A stretch of DNA of 64,000 nt from Iphione sp. A-MEVVRFRX5 (Eukaryota): NCBI GenBank assembly GCA_976226885.1, contig OZ320315.1, positions 20,026,001 through 20,090,000 on the forward strand. Direction: 5' to 3'. Below are positions 12,481-24,771 of the stretch, piece after piece. The position numbers were made by a program, and so were the translations under genes. Position 1 is the first letter of the stretch. Each line of letters starts with the position of its first letter. The notes under the pieces were generated by a model. It saw only the letters and a list, made by a program, of their open reading frames with translations. It searched no databases and had not been told where the DNA came from.

Positions 12481-13930
12481 CTGTCAAGGAGTGGCAAACT
12501 GGCTCCGACCCACCATCATCCATGTGGTGTTTTCTTTTCATATCGATCCCCAGTCCCCTGTCTTTACATCTGAACCCAGTTTTTTTGATGATTCCGAGAA
12601 TTTCTTGGAATTTAGGAGGGAGCTCAAAATCCGAAAAGGTTTGATGGTGCTTAATTTCATCGGGGAGCATGAGATGTTCGCCACCGCTAGGACAAGCAGG
12701 GTTTCTCCCACACCTTGGCTTGAGTTTGGTACAAATGATTCTTGTACTCCAAAATGTTACCTCGTTGTGGACACAGACTTCCATAAATGCCCAATTGGGT
12801 CTACATTCCCCCTGCTTATGCTTAATAATAGATGAGTGAATCAACATGAGGACATGGTACTCAAGGCTATTGATACACAATCCTTCTGCTATAGCGCAGT
12901 CACATTTTAACACAACATTGCCCTCTGGGTCTACTTCAGAAAGGCAGACACAATGATTAGGAAAATGAGAGCTATCAAATCAAATAGGTTGCTTACTACT
13001 ATCAGTCTTATTTGTGTCTGACACCCTGGTCTTACTCAACTTTTGGGAGAACTTCCTTGGGCAGAGAGGGTGTGATTTTTTAGTATGATACCTGAGTCTT
13101 TTCACCCATCCTAATGCTTCTTCAGACTGTCGTGCCAAAGGCCTTGATAAGAAAAGGAGAAATCCCCTCTTGTTGAGGACAGGGGAGGGAGGTTCAGTTA
13201 TGGGGTTACCATGAGGTAAGAGGGGGAAGTGGGGAACAGAAGGGTGAATTTCGCCAACATAAAAATTGTGAATCGTATCATGCATAGTGACATCCCACAG
13301 GTCACCGGATGAAGACTCCCAACACTTGGGCTTGTTAGGAGTCTGCTCTAGTTTCCCGAGTTTGACATTTTACTTTTCGCCAAGTGATCTATTTCCCTTC
13401 GCATCTGATCCATGATGTGACCCATCGCCATGATCTGCCTGTTTTAGTCAGGATCATACCAATCTTGTGGGGGAAGAGGATACTGGCCTTGGGGAGGAGG
13501 GGGCATAATGGTCTGGTTGGGATGAACTGTAGAGATCTTGGTTGTACTTTGGAGAGTTTTGGCGAGGACTTGGCCCTCTAGAGCGATATCTGCCTCGCGG
13601 CCTTCCCCGGGAGTATGCCCCTCTTGATGTGGACTGGAGGGCCCGTCCCTGTTCCATATCCCTCTTCTTGGTGTTGCATTCACGTGCAAAATGCCCGGGA
13701 TTATGATAATAATAGCAGACAACAGTGGCCTTGTCAAGACGTGGGTGGTGGCGGGGCTAGAGGCAAGGGGGCAGGGACAGGGTGGGTCGAGGCAGTTGAT
13801 GGCACTGCTGATGCGACAGGGATCGGGGCAGGGGCGCTAAGTCGCGTCGTTATAGATGGCGAACTAGGTAGGACTGCAGGAGTGGTTGGGGCAGCTGACG
13901 TAGTTCTTCCCAGTGTTTTAAGGGCATAAG

Positions 13931-14473
13931 TCATGATTTCCCCTGACACCACTTACATGCGTCTGTGATGGCATGATGAAATGAGGGGATTTTCCTATGT
14001 TCCATCATTTCCCTTAGTTCAGGGAGAATATTTTCCATAAATATTCTCCCAGCTTTTCCATCGCTGTCTTGTCCTGCTGCTATACATACTTTCATAAGGC
14101 TATCCGCAAACTCGCCTGGAGTCTCATCGCAACATTGCTTACAACTCCTCAACCTTTCTGAGACCTCTGAACCTGAGGGTCCCTTTTCCTTGAGAAAGAA
14201 TGCCCTCAAAGTATCCCAATCGTTATGGCAGGTTATGTGGATGTGGAAGGTTCTGGGGCAGAATGTTTTGATTTTCTCAAAGCATTTGTTAACATAGGTA
14301 GGGGTAGGGGCATCTCCCTCTCCCTCTAGGTCAGTAACATAAATGGCTTTCATGTAGTCCTCATATTGGTCAACCCAGTCAGCTACAGTATAAGGGTCAG
14401 TGGGGAACATACCTGGTCTCTTTGGCATGACAGTCAGCTTTTTAGCCAGTAAATTAAATGAATCACTTTCCAT
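13931..14473 (-). pseudogene. gag: G2 gag (capsid-like core; degenerate continuation to ~13300)
   Basis: MESDSF start; VADWVDQYE, WDTLRAFFL, LRSCKQ..DETPGEFADSL retrotransposon-gag pattern; lies downstream of the PBS. Confidence 0.75.
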
Positions 14474-14988
14474 TCTGTAGTTTATACTCTTTCTCCCACA
14501 AGAACAACAGGGTTGGGACTTACTGTAGAGGCGGGAGTCAACAGACAGACTTGAAGTGGTGGTGTTTCTAGCTGCCTGGAGGTTCCTGGCTGTGGAAAGG
14601 TGTTGCCCTGGGCTCCAGCCGAGGCCGAGCTGCCTGGTAGGACAAGGGTGCACCGAGGAGTGGTCGGCTGTAACGAGGAGGATGCTCTCGGCCTGGACCT
14701 AGATGGCTGCCAAGGGGTGGATGTGATGGTGGCAGAGTCTTCCCCCCACTCAGAAGGAGAAGCTGACCTCAACGGGAGAGAAAATGACAGATGTCTGGTG
14801 CGGCCTAGGAGACCTTGGATGCCAAAGGGAGTTTGAGGGATGCTTGTTGATGGGTCGCATGGGCTAGGGCGCTTTCTTGTGGCCAAGCCCCTCCGCTGTT
14901 CACTTGCTGCAGTGGGAGGCCGTTGCGCAGAAACGCTTCTAGTGACACGACGGTTGCTGTCTGCCATGCATAAAGCTGACAAGAGAGA

Positions 14989-15006
14989 TACCCGGGTTCT
15001 CCACCA
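14989..15006 (-). promoter_or_regulatory. Primer binding site of G2, tRNA-Ala-like (copy 27552-27569)
   Basis: TGGTGGAGAACCCGGGTA one base after LTR end ...CATCACA; resembles the complement of tRNA-Ala 3' ends (..TCTCCACCA). Confidence 0.7.
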
Positions 15007-15007
15007 G

Positions 15008-15826
15008 TGTGATGTTTTGCTTACTGTGGGATATCACTTCCCTCGGGATCTTATTAGTGGAGGGTTGTTTCAAATAGAGCGAACTACTGTTACTAACTGA
15101 CCGCCTTCTGGTCCCGTCTTTCCTTCTTCTCTTGTCTTCTGCCAAGGGTTGTCTCATGATGGCTGGATTCAATCTGATGACTCTTACCAGTACCATGCTG
15201 GAAGGACTGTGCCTTAAGTGTGGCAGTGTTAGTGGTAATAGAAAAAACAACAAGATCAGTGAAGTAGAGTTCAGAACGCTTTATTCAGAACACATCAAAG
15301 GGATGGTACTTTCCCTCTCCTGACAGCTTATGGCAATGTGGCTGACATACTATATAACACACCCTAATCTTGTGACTAGAGGACAGCATCAAACCAGGGA
15401 GTCAGACCAGAGTTTGGGCCTCGCAAACCCATGTGGGAGAGCCAAAGTCCTGTGTAGTGTTGGGGCCTCAGCTGATTCCAACAGGCAGGCTGGCTGGCTG
15501 GCTCACAGGCTGCTGCAGGAGGCTGGAGGCTGGGAGGCTCTGGGTGCAGGCTGGTTCTGGTCTAATCTCATCCAACGTCCTCAGGTGGTAGTCTCAGGGA
15601 TGAGACCCCGAGTGATGGTGGAGATACTCCTTATATCTCAATCGGTCTACTGATGCTATCTCCTCATTGGCTGAGGACAGAGCCCTTGTGATTGGCTAAC
15701 TTACAAAAAGTCCAGATCTGATTGGTCGACATAATTGATGACCCCATGCTGGCAGTAGAAGATCAAAGGAAGTGTGAGGTTCAGACCACCTGCGGTGGAC
15801 TTTTGAAGTGAGCCAGGGCTTTGAAG
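15008..15826 (-). repeat. LTR-X, truncated in U3 by the rearrangement breakpoint
   Basis: Near-identical to 27571-28389; ends CATCACA next to the PBS. Confidence 0.8.
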
Positions 15827-18800
15827 AGCCCAAATCCTTCCATGTCGCCCTACCTGGAGATGACTTGCTCCAACCTGGGTAAGAAACTTTGGTCTGGCCC
15901 ATGATATGGGGAAATGGGGAATCCTATGATTGTGAAGAAGGTATCTACCAGGACACACTGGAGGCTACTCCTAGGAAAATAGTGTCTAACAAGGAAGGTT
16001 TAGTCCAGGTCTGCGACAACCAAATTCCCATTTCTCTCCTTAACTATTCCAATAAACCTCAAAACCTTCGGCAGGGACTTAAGGTCAGTTCTTTTGTCAA
16101 GGGGGTCCCCTATGATGTTTCTACACTGAAGCAAGTAGCAACTCACGACCTTCAAACTAATACACTTGATTTTCCGGTAAACCTCTCCAGATCCAACTCC
16201 ACAACAGAAGGAAATATGCCAAGAATTGCTCAGAAGCAAACAGGCAGCATTTGCCCTCGATGGGGACATAGGGAGAACCTCACTAGTTGAACACCGTATC
16301 GAGCTTGTCCCTGACTGCACCCGTTCCCAGGCCCAGCCCTTTTGCATGTTACCCAAGATGTGTGACGAAATACATCGCATAGTCTCTGATCAGGAAAGCA
16401 AGGGTATATTGGAAAAAGCAGGAGATGGCCTCTGGGCCAGTCCTGCCTTCCTTGTTCCCAAATCCAATGGCAAATTTCAATTGGTAGTTGACTACAGGAA
16501 CTTGAACACCCAAATGGTCACCCAGATATTTAATATACCATGCGTAGATGACACCATAGATGCTATAGGCACGGGAAAACCTCAATTCCTTTCGGTGATG
16601 GACTTGGAGATGGGCTTCCACCAGATTCCCATTCGAGACGAGGAAAGGGATAAGTTGGCCTTCTTGACACCTTGTGGGAAATACCATTATAAGATCATGC
16701 CCATAGGTCTCAAAAGCTCTCCCCCCTCTTTCCAGAGTGTTGTAGATATAGTCTTATTAGGCCTTAAATACAAAATCTGCCTGGCCTATATGGATGACAT
16801 CATGGTCTTCTCCCCCACATTTGAAAGGCATATGTCGGACCTCGGACAGGTGTTGGATAGACTGAATACTTCTGGACTCAAATCAAAACCCTCTAAATGT
16901 GAGATCGGCTGTTCTGAGGTAAAGTTCCTGGGACACATCATAATGACAGAGGGTATTAGGCCTGCTCCCGACAATCTTAGCAAGACTCAGAACATGAACA
17001 CACCCATTACAGTTCAACAGGTTAGACCGTTCCTAGGAATGACAAGGTACTATCGAAAGTTCATTCCCGAGTATGGACTGAAAGCTTAGCCACTCTATGA
17101 CTTAACAAGAAGTTCGTTCAGGGATCAGAGCAGGAGAATGTGTTCCAGACTCTGAAAGTGTCCCTTACCAATGATCAGTTCCTGTTGTATCCGGACTTTG
17201 GGAAGGGATTCTTCCTTGCCACAGACACGAGTAACTATGAAATGGGGGCGAGTCTTTTGCAGAAAGATGCCTCAGAAAGCATCCAGCCAGTGGCCTTTTG
17301 GGCCAAGGCTTTCCAGGGGGCAAAACTCAACTACTCCACTACAGACAAGGAAATGGCGGCAGTCTTCTCTGCCATAAAGCACTGGAAGGTCTATCTTGAA
17401 GGAGCTAAATTCTGTATCCAAACAGATCATAACCCCTTAGTGCACATCCTTGTGACCAAATCCTTGGAGCACCAAAATAGTAGGATGGTTCGATGGACGG
17501 AATTCCTCCAACGGTTCAACTACACAGTGCGGCATGTACCAGGGGCCTCTAACTTGGTCCCAAATGCATTATCTCAGCTTGATGTTCCTGTCAAAAAAGA
17601 CAGAATGCCTCTTTTTCTGAAAGGCAACAAAGACCCCAAGGACCCCTCTCCTCCTCTCCCAGTCAACGCACGGGAGGTCACACCCGATCCTTCGGCGCCC
17701 GAGGACAAGCCCGGCAACCCCAGCCTCCATAAGAAGGGGCCTAACCATAGGAAATGATGTGAAAGGCAATTTGTCTCGCATTCGGGGGCTGAAAGGCATC
17801 TGAAATTATCACATATTCCTCTGTCAGAAATCATGGATGCCCAAAGACATCTGTAAACGGCTTCTGTAAACAGACAGTTTCGCTGATTAAATATGGACGG
17901 CTGCTCTTAGATGACAAAACCGCCAGGCGAGTCCTCCTCAGAGAGTAGGACTTTTTTGTATTTAAAGGGGTTGTATTCAAAATGTCTTCCACAAGTGGGC
18001 CAAATGCTCAAACTTTAGTAAGGCTGGTAGTCCCTCTCACCCTCAAGCAAAAATTCCTACAGCAGAATCATGACACACCACATGCCGGGCACTTGGGGCC
18101 TGTGAAGATCTTGTCTAGGATGAGGGAAACACTATTCTGGACAGGCATGAGTGAGGATGTACATGATTACAGTGCCACCTGCATCAAATACTGCCAAACC
18201 AAACAAATGACCCGACCCATCAGGCCTCCTCTTACCCTGGGGGACCCCACCCCTGCACCCTGACACACCATTAACAAGGACACCATAGAGAGGCTGCCGC
18301 TCACCGGCGAGGATAATCGACATGTCATCATTATTGTCGACTTCTATAGCTGTTTTCTTGTGGCATGGGCTCAGCCTGACCTACGGGCAGACACTCTCAT
18401 CTCGAAATTCAAGAAACACATCTTATGTTGATTTGGCGTCGTCAAGGAAATAGTCTCGGACAACAGTTCAGCCTTCATATCTGATAAGTTCATGAAAATA
18501 TTGCAGAGATAATGGGATAAAGCAAAAATTTGCTACTACCGGACACCCCCAATCATCTGGGCTGGTCAAAAGGGCCAATAGATCCCTGTTGACTGCACTC
18601 TGTAACTTCATGAGCAAAAATCAGAACAACTAGGACTATTGCCTCCCACCTATCTGCTTTGCTTTAAACACTGCCAAAGCGGCGTGAACAGGGCAAACCC
18701 CCTACCTTCTCCTGCAAGGGTACGAACCCTGCCACCTAGGAATGAACTCAGTTCCTGCCCCAAACGGTGAACCGATGTCAGCTTGAGAGAGGTTTGGACA

Positions 18801-19363
18801 GCATCTGCATGTACAGCACCAAGCTCATCTTGTTGCCAAAAAGACAGCAGAGAAATACTTGATTGCCATGAAGGATCGATACGATGAGAAGGCTTATGAT
18901 CCTGAATTGAAGAGGGGGGCATTTGGTGTGGCTATACATGCCTAGGCTCAAGGATGCCTCCCTAAAACTAAGACTGGCCAGAGTATATCTTGGACTCTAC
19001 GCCATAACCGAGTTTCATACCCCAACCACTGTCTACTTGAAAATGAAGCGTCACCTGTCCAGACCGGTGGTAATGGTCAGCCGGCTGAAACATACTAGTT
19101 TGGTGGGACCCATGGTCAACAAGGAGATTCATCACAAGAATCTTATCCACGAGGACCTTCCCCCGGACAGCTCTGTCCCTCAGAGGACCAATCCAGCTGT
19201 GCGAAGGGTCTCCCCACTCTATAGACAGGCCCGCCTCTTTCCTCCTTCGAGAACTCCTATGTGTACCATTCGGGAGGAGGACCCTTCTCTTACGATCCCT
19301 GCCCTCCCTTCAACCCATCGGGTCCCTTCCAGATACACCCCAAACTCAACACAACCAGGATGA
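15825..19363 (+). pseudogene. pol: Second copy of G2 pol pseudogene (RT 16226-17089, RH 17140-17757, INT 17982-19363)
   Basis: Same motifs and shared lesions as 8620-12163, plus a new stop at 18261-18263. Confidence 0.9.
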
Positions 19364-20691
19364 TGAAGATGATGATGCACTCTGTGTATGGTTCAAGGGA
19401 CCTGAAGATGATGTCACAGGAGAGGAAGCCCCCCCGAGGAACTCAGAAGGCTGAGGCTGCGATTGATTCAAAGGGCTTGTGGGAGCAGCAAGGATGACGG
19501 CATTGTATGGTTCATGGAACGAACGCGAAGGATCCCCCTTTCTACCCAGCCCAAGGATACTCAACACATGAATCCTGTGGTTCACCTTGAAAGGTTCACT
19601 ATTCCTCCAGGCACCAAGAAAATAATTGTTTGGAAAAACCCTAATGAGGACACAGAAGGAAAGGATCCATAGATCTATCCTGGGCCCCCAGAAACTCCCA
19701 TGCCTGAACCTCAGAAGGCACAACCCCTGATACCCTCCACTGCTCAGGGCCAGTCACCAGGGGAAGTGCTTGGCTGTGTCCTGCAGTTAATACTATAACC
19801 ACTAGGAGGGCAAACCGGTCCACACTGGCCAAAAAGTCACTCAAATCTCCATGGAAATCGCTTGTCTGTTATTTCTTCAAAAGAACCAAAGATCAGCCCT
19901 CATATGCATTTAAATCTTAAAGGCACACTCCAGAGAGCCTTTATACGCACTTGACATAAAAACCTCAATATACTCATTATCCTTTTAATCCACCCAAAAT
20001 ATGCATAAAGAATGGAAAGTGAAAAGGAGCACCCCTTTACTGGGTGAGTGCTGGAAATGGTAAAGGGGAAGGGAGGTGCCCCTAGAGGAATGAAAATCCT
20101 TACCTTCTACGTTAGGGAAGACCAGAAGGATGATGAATATAGGTTCCAAAACAAGAAAAAGAGGAGAAATTGCACAAACATAGTAAGGAATGGATACCCA
20201 GGGGAAAGAACTGAGATCTTGAGGCCCAAGAAGGGACAGGTCTCTATCACTTGTCTCCCTGCCTCTCTCTGTCTTAGTCGTGAACTCCTTCTGATTGACT
20301 CGTACCCCTTCCTGATGTGAAAATCAGGTCGTAGCCATCCACAGTTAATGAGCAGTGACCTCTTGGAAGGACATGCAGCCTGTACTCCTACACGCTCCTC
20401 TCCAACACATCATTCCTACCCCCCTTTTTTATGCACGTATGACAACTAGAACCAAAGGAAGCCCCAATACTGTGGAACGAGCCAGTGGCTCACTTCTAGT
20501 CAAGTACACATTCTAATGTACACTACAACTTACAACAGGTCTAGGACCAAAAGAAAAGCCCCCTCTTGAAACTTCATGAAGTCTAGTTTCCCCCTTTTAC
20601 TTTACAAGTTTTTCTGGAACGTAAATAGTCTTTTCTTTTATCAAACTTTTCTGTATTAACAGAAAGGGATGTCTGTCTATGTTCGAGCATG

Positions 20692-21935
20692 ATGATTAGC
20701 TACTGGAATGGCCCCAACTTTAGAAGACTGCCTCCCCCAGTTCTCCTTAATGCTACTCCAACTTACGAGTGGTGTTCAACATCAGAACATCTCCTGGATG
20801 CAGAGACGGCACCTACTTTGGGAGTTCTCTCATCACATTAATAAGCCCAGCATGGCCTTCATTAAGTGGGCTCCAAACTTTTTCAACTTAAACTCACCTC
20901 TCATACAGTTAGCTTTGGCAGGAGTTATCGCGGCCTATCTCAAGAAAGGAATGGAACCCAAGTTGCCCTGCAGATGTTACCCTATGTGGGACACCCTAGT
21001 GATAATAGCCCTATATGCCAAGTCTCTTATGGTCCCCTATACAAAACACAGTCAGCAATTAGGGCTATCAAAACTTATCTTAAATGGTCAGGATCACAAC
21101 CCCCATGCCCTGGCCTGAGGGGTCACCCAGAGTTCACTATATGCCAAGCGAAGAAAATTGATTCGGAGAGTCCAGCATGGCCCCCTCCCCCCGAGAAAAT
21201 ATGGGGTGAAGAAAGCTCCCGTAGGGATGACCTACCAGGGTCTTGGGAGGAGTTGGCCTTACTTGGCTTGTGACAAACCCAAATCGTTGACATATGGATT
21301 TCCCATTATTCACCATTACCTATTACTTTCAAAGGAACGAGAATGAGGTAGAGTGTGATCCACTCGAACTCCCCTCTAAACTTTTGGTGACTGAGCTGCT
21401 GGTATGGATGCTGAAGCTCCCTCCAGCTACCAACCATTCAGGCCCTTTGCAGCCCCTGCCAGATATCTCTGAGACAGACATTGAAGGCATTGTCCAGCGA
21501 ATTAACACTCTCCATGACCAGATCGCTCACAATCCGCTAATCACAGGACTGACTTCAGCCCCAACTTTATGCAGGTGTTGTTATTGTTGCTTTTGTAGCA
21601 AAGGATGTTGGAAAAGGCTTTTCCCCAACCGACAGGAATGGAGCCCCAATGAAAATTCTGATATGACTTCTCAGGGATCATCACCTGTCACTATCAATCT
21701 CTGGGGTGGCACCAGTTCCCCTAGCCTGTCCAACACTTGTGTGGGAGAAACCGTCTCCCTTAGGGCCCTTCCTCCATCTAACATCCTGGAGCCTGCCTGC
21801 ATATTACATGAATGTGCGGTGAAATTTAAGGAAAGTTCCCAAGGAATTCAAGCTCTACCAATGTTAAGGTTTCCGCAGAGCAGTATACACAGAATGAGCA
21901 AGCTTTATCCATGTTCCATTAAAAGGGAATGTTGA
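20692..21935 (+). pseudogene. env: Second copy of G2 env-like remnant
   Basis: Inverted copy of 6048-7291. Confidence 0.55.
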
Positions 21936-24771
21936 AATTACAGACTTGGCAGAAGAGACAGATACTCTTGCTCGAGCTGTAATATGTGTTTGCTCATGAG
22001 TAATGATATTAACCTTGTATTGTAGCACTACTTGTTAACATGTAATGACCTGTACTGATGAGTTGTTGCTCATTCAGGCTGTCGTTACTGAGATGTATTA
22101 TATGACTTAACCCTGTGGAGGTTAATGTCCTTGTGTAATCCAGTATTATTCTTCACTACATATGTTGTATGTTTATGTGCTAATGAGTTATATTCTGCAA
22201 ATGGGTTTATCAGGAGCGAATAAACTTCATAATGCTGAGCATTACTCCCAAGGAGGGGAGGGATGTAACACGGTCTGGATAGGAGTTGATGGTGTGTCAT
22301 TAGAAATGGTGTTGTTACAAGGGTATATCATATAGTATATAGATAGAAATACTTGAAGTAAAGCCTTGGTATGAAGTGCTGTAAGTGGCAAAAACAAATT
22401 TTGTTTAAGCAATTCTCCTGTTTTTTGTGTCAGTGTTAAGCAGAACTAGTGCTATAAAACAGTGTAAAACCATTGTGTTTCATGTCAAGTCACTCCGTGA
22501 ACAACTATCATTAACATGTGATAGTCATTATTTTAATATAGTCATGGATCTGAATGACAGTGTCACTTAAATGTTGTCTGCATGGATTGGTTACATGAGT
22601 CAAGTGACAAAGTATCATAACATCCTTGGCTATAGAACAGTCTGATTGACAGATATTGTGACCATAAAACACATTGTTCTGTCATGCAGTGATGTGTCAA
22701 TTGACAGTGAACAAATTCTTCAGCTGAAGTGATTGTGTAGTATCACCTATCCTGAGTAACCCCTAAATAGTTACTCCAAATAGCATGTACACAAAAATGT
22801 AAATGCTGTGCACATACTGTGTGACTTAATTCATAGATAGATATTATCACAGCAGGAATGTTAGAAACCATGTCCATACAGGAGTTATTGTGTTTTTCAT
22901 TGTATCTGTGGTGCAGTGTACTTTTATTAAAAAGTGATAAGACATGAATATGTTTCCATACCTTCAATGGGTTACTGCATTTGTGTCGTTCATTATCAGA
23001 TTGTAGTGGTTTGGTCTCAAACCCGGAACAACGGGCTTTCAAAACTTAAGAACTGTATCTCAACGTAGACCATAACTTTGAGTCTTGCAAAGATGTAGAG
23101 ACATGAATTACAGAAGTGAGTAGGAAGAGGGAGCATTGTCTGACAGTTATCAAATTATATAGGCCACCAACAGCAAGAATGGGTGTATTGTTTGGATTAG
23201 TTAGGAAACATCAGGCAAAATTAAAAAACAAAAGAATTATTGTGGCAGGTGATTTCAACATAGATTGTACTGACGAAAGCACCAGGAAGGGGTATCAATC
23301 AATTGCAACTGTTCCTAATGAATTTGGACTATGCAAAAAAGTAAGAAAAGCACCTAGAGTGTAAGCAACTTTGAGCTTGTTGATTGATCTTGTACTAATA
23401 TAGCTGAAAGGATTCAAGCAAAGGTGGATTATACCATATTTAGCATTCACTATATGGTTGTGGTTGATGCTGATTTGGTGCCAAAATAAATTGAACTAGT
23501 AAGAATAAAATTTAGATTAATGAAATATTATAACAAAGGAAAGATTAGTAGGAGAACTAAATAAGGAAAACTGGGAATTTATATTTGAGATAAATGATTC
23601 ATTGGAGATAAAACAGGAATATTTTACAGAAATGATTAGGAGGGTTATGGATGGATTTTTTTTTGCACTAGAGTCTCTATTAACAACCACATCAATAACT
23701 GAGGAAATTGGCTATGGCGACAATTTGAGCTCAGAACTGAAATTGTGTCTATACATAACCTATATGATTGATTATTGATTACAAGCCCAATCAATTTTTG
23801 ACCATTTTCTGTCTGTGACCGCTCATCTTAAGGTCATATTCTGTATGATTTACTATTGATTACTTACCAGGGGTCAACCTCGACCACTCTGATGTTCCTC
23901 ACACCATAGAGGGACTGGCTGGGAGAGACTGGAGGCATCAATAACGACTGCTGTGATGTTCCTCACAGCTGGGTTAACGATTGAGAGAGTGATCAAGGGA
24001 GATCGGAGGTGTCAATTCATGGTCTAAACCTGCCTGGGGTCTCAATGGCAACCCCTCTGATATCTTTCCCACGCTGGAGGGACTGGTTGAGGGAGACTGG
24101 TGGAAACCCTCTAATTAATTGATTTCCCTGTAACACAACTCAAGATGACACAGGTTTCCAAGTTGGTTGATCTTCATTTATTACAGTCAGTAGACGCTAG
24201 AGGTGGTAGACAGGAGCTCTCCAAAAAGTGGTGAGGAGATCAGGTCATTACATACAGAAAGTTCGAGACCCTATGTCAAAGGTTAGCACCCTCCTGGTCA
24301 TAGTGCGTAACATCAGCACAAATTCGCAACATATCGTAACCTTAGGTCATAGTTTGTCTGACCTTCGACCTGGGTGAGTGTCCTAGGTCACAACCAGTCA
24401 AGAAGTACATTAACCTTTGGTCCCACCCTAGCACCCTTCGATGATGGATGTGAAGGCTGTCAACACCCACCCTGGAAGTGCCTCGTAAATCCTCATTCAA
24501 ATATAGCGTTTGTTTAGACTTACCTGTCACCTGTACATAGTTTGTAAGTGTCTACTGGTGTATGGGATGTCAATTCCCAGACTATCAGTGGTGCCACATT
24601 GTAACATGACACACCTCTTGTCTTGATAAGAAAACCCACGTTATAAGCTTATATCTATACACTGTACAAGGGAACTCTCTTTCTTCCACTTAATATTACA
24701 TTAAAAGACATAATGACTGTAGAATATGCTTTTTACATATACACATAATTATGTCCATTATGTATGCAAAA

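Larger units (their letters stand above)
5134..15826 (-). mobile_element. Degenerate env-bearing Ty3/Gypsy element G2 (LTR-X, PBS, gag, PR, RT, RH, INT, env, PPT, LTR-Y)
   Basis: Domain order PR-RT-RH-INT is Ty3/Gypsy. Many shared stops and frameshifts. The left boundary (end of LTR-Y) is uncertain. Confidence 0.85.
12207..15826. repeat. Segment B (3.62 kb), direct duplicate of 24772-28389
   Basis: ORF pairs offset by 12563-12565 (12392..12913 vs 24957..25478; 15330..15653 vs 27893..28216). Confidence 0.95.

Noticed and set aside
13384-15958. Many short GC-rich ORFs on both strands around G2 gag and LTR (and copies at 26-29 kb)
   Set aside because: Alternative-frame or antisense readings of decayed gag, leader and LTR sequence without recognisable domains.
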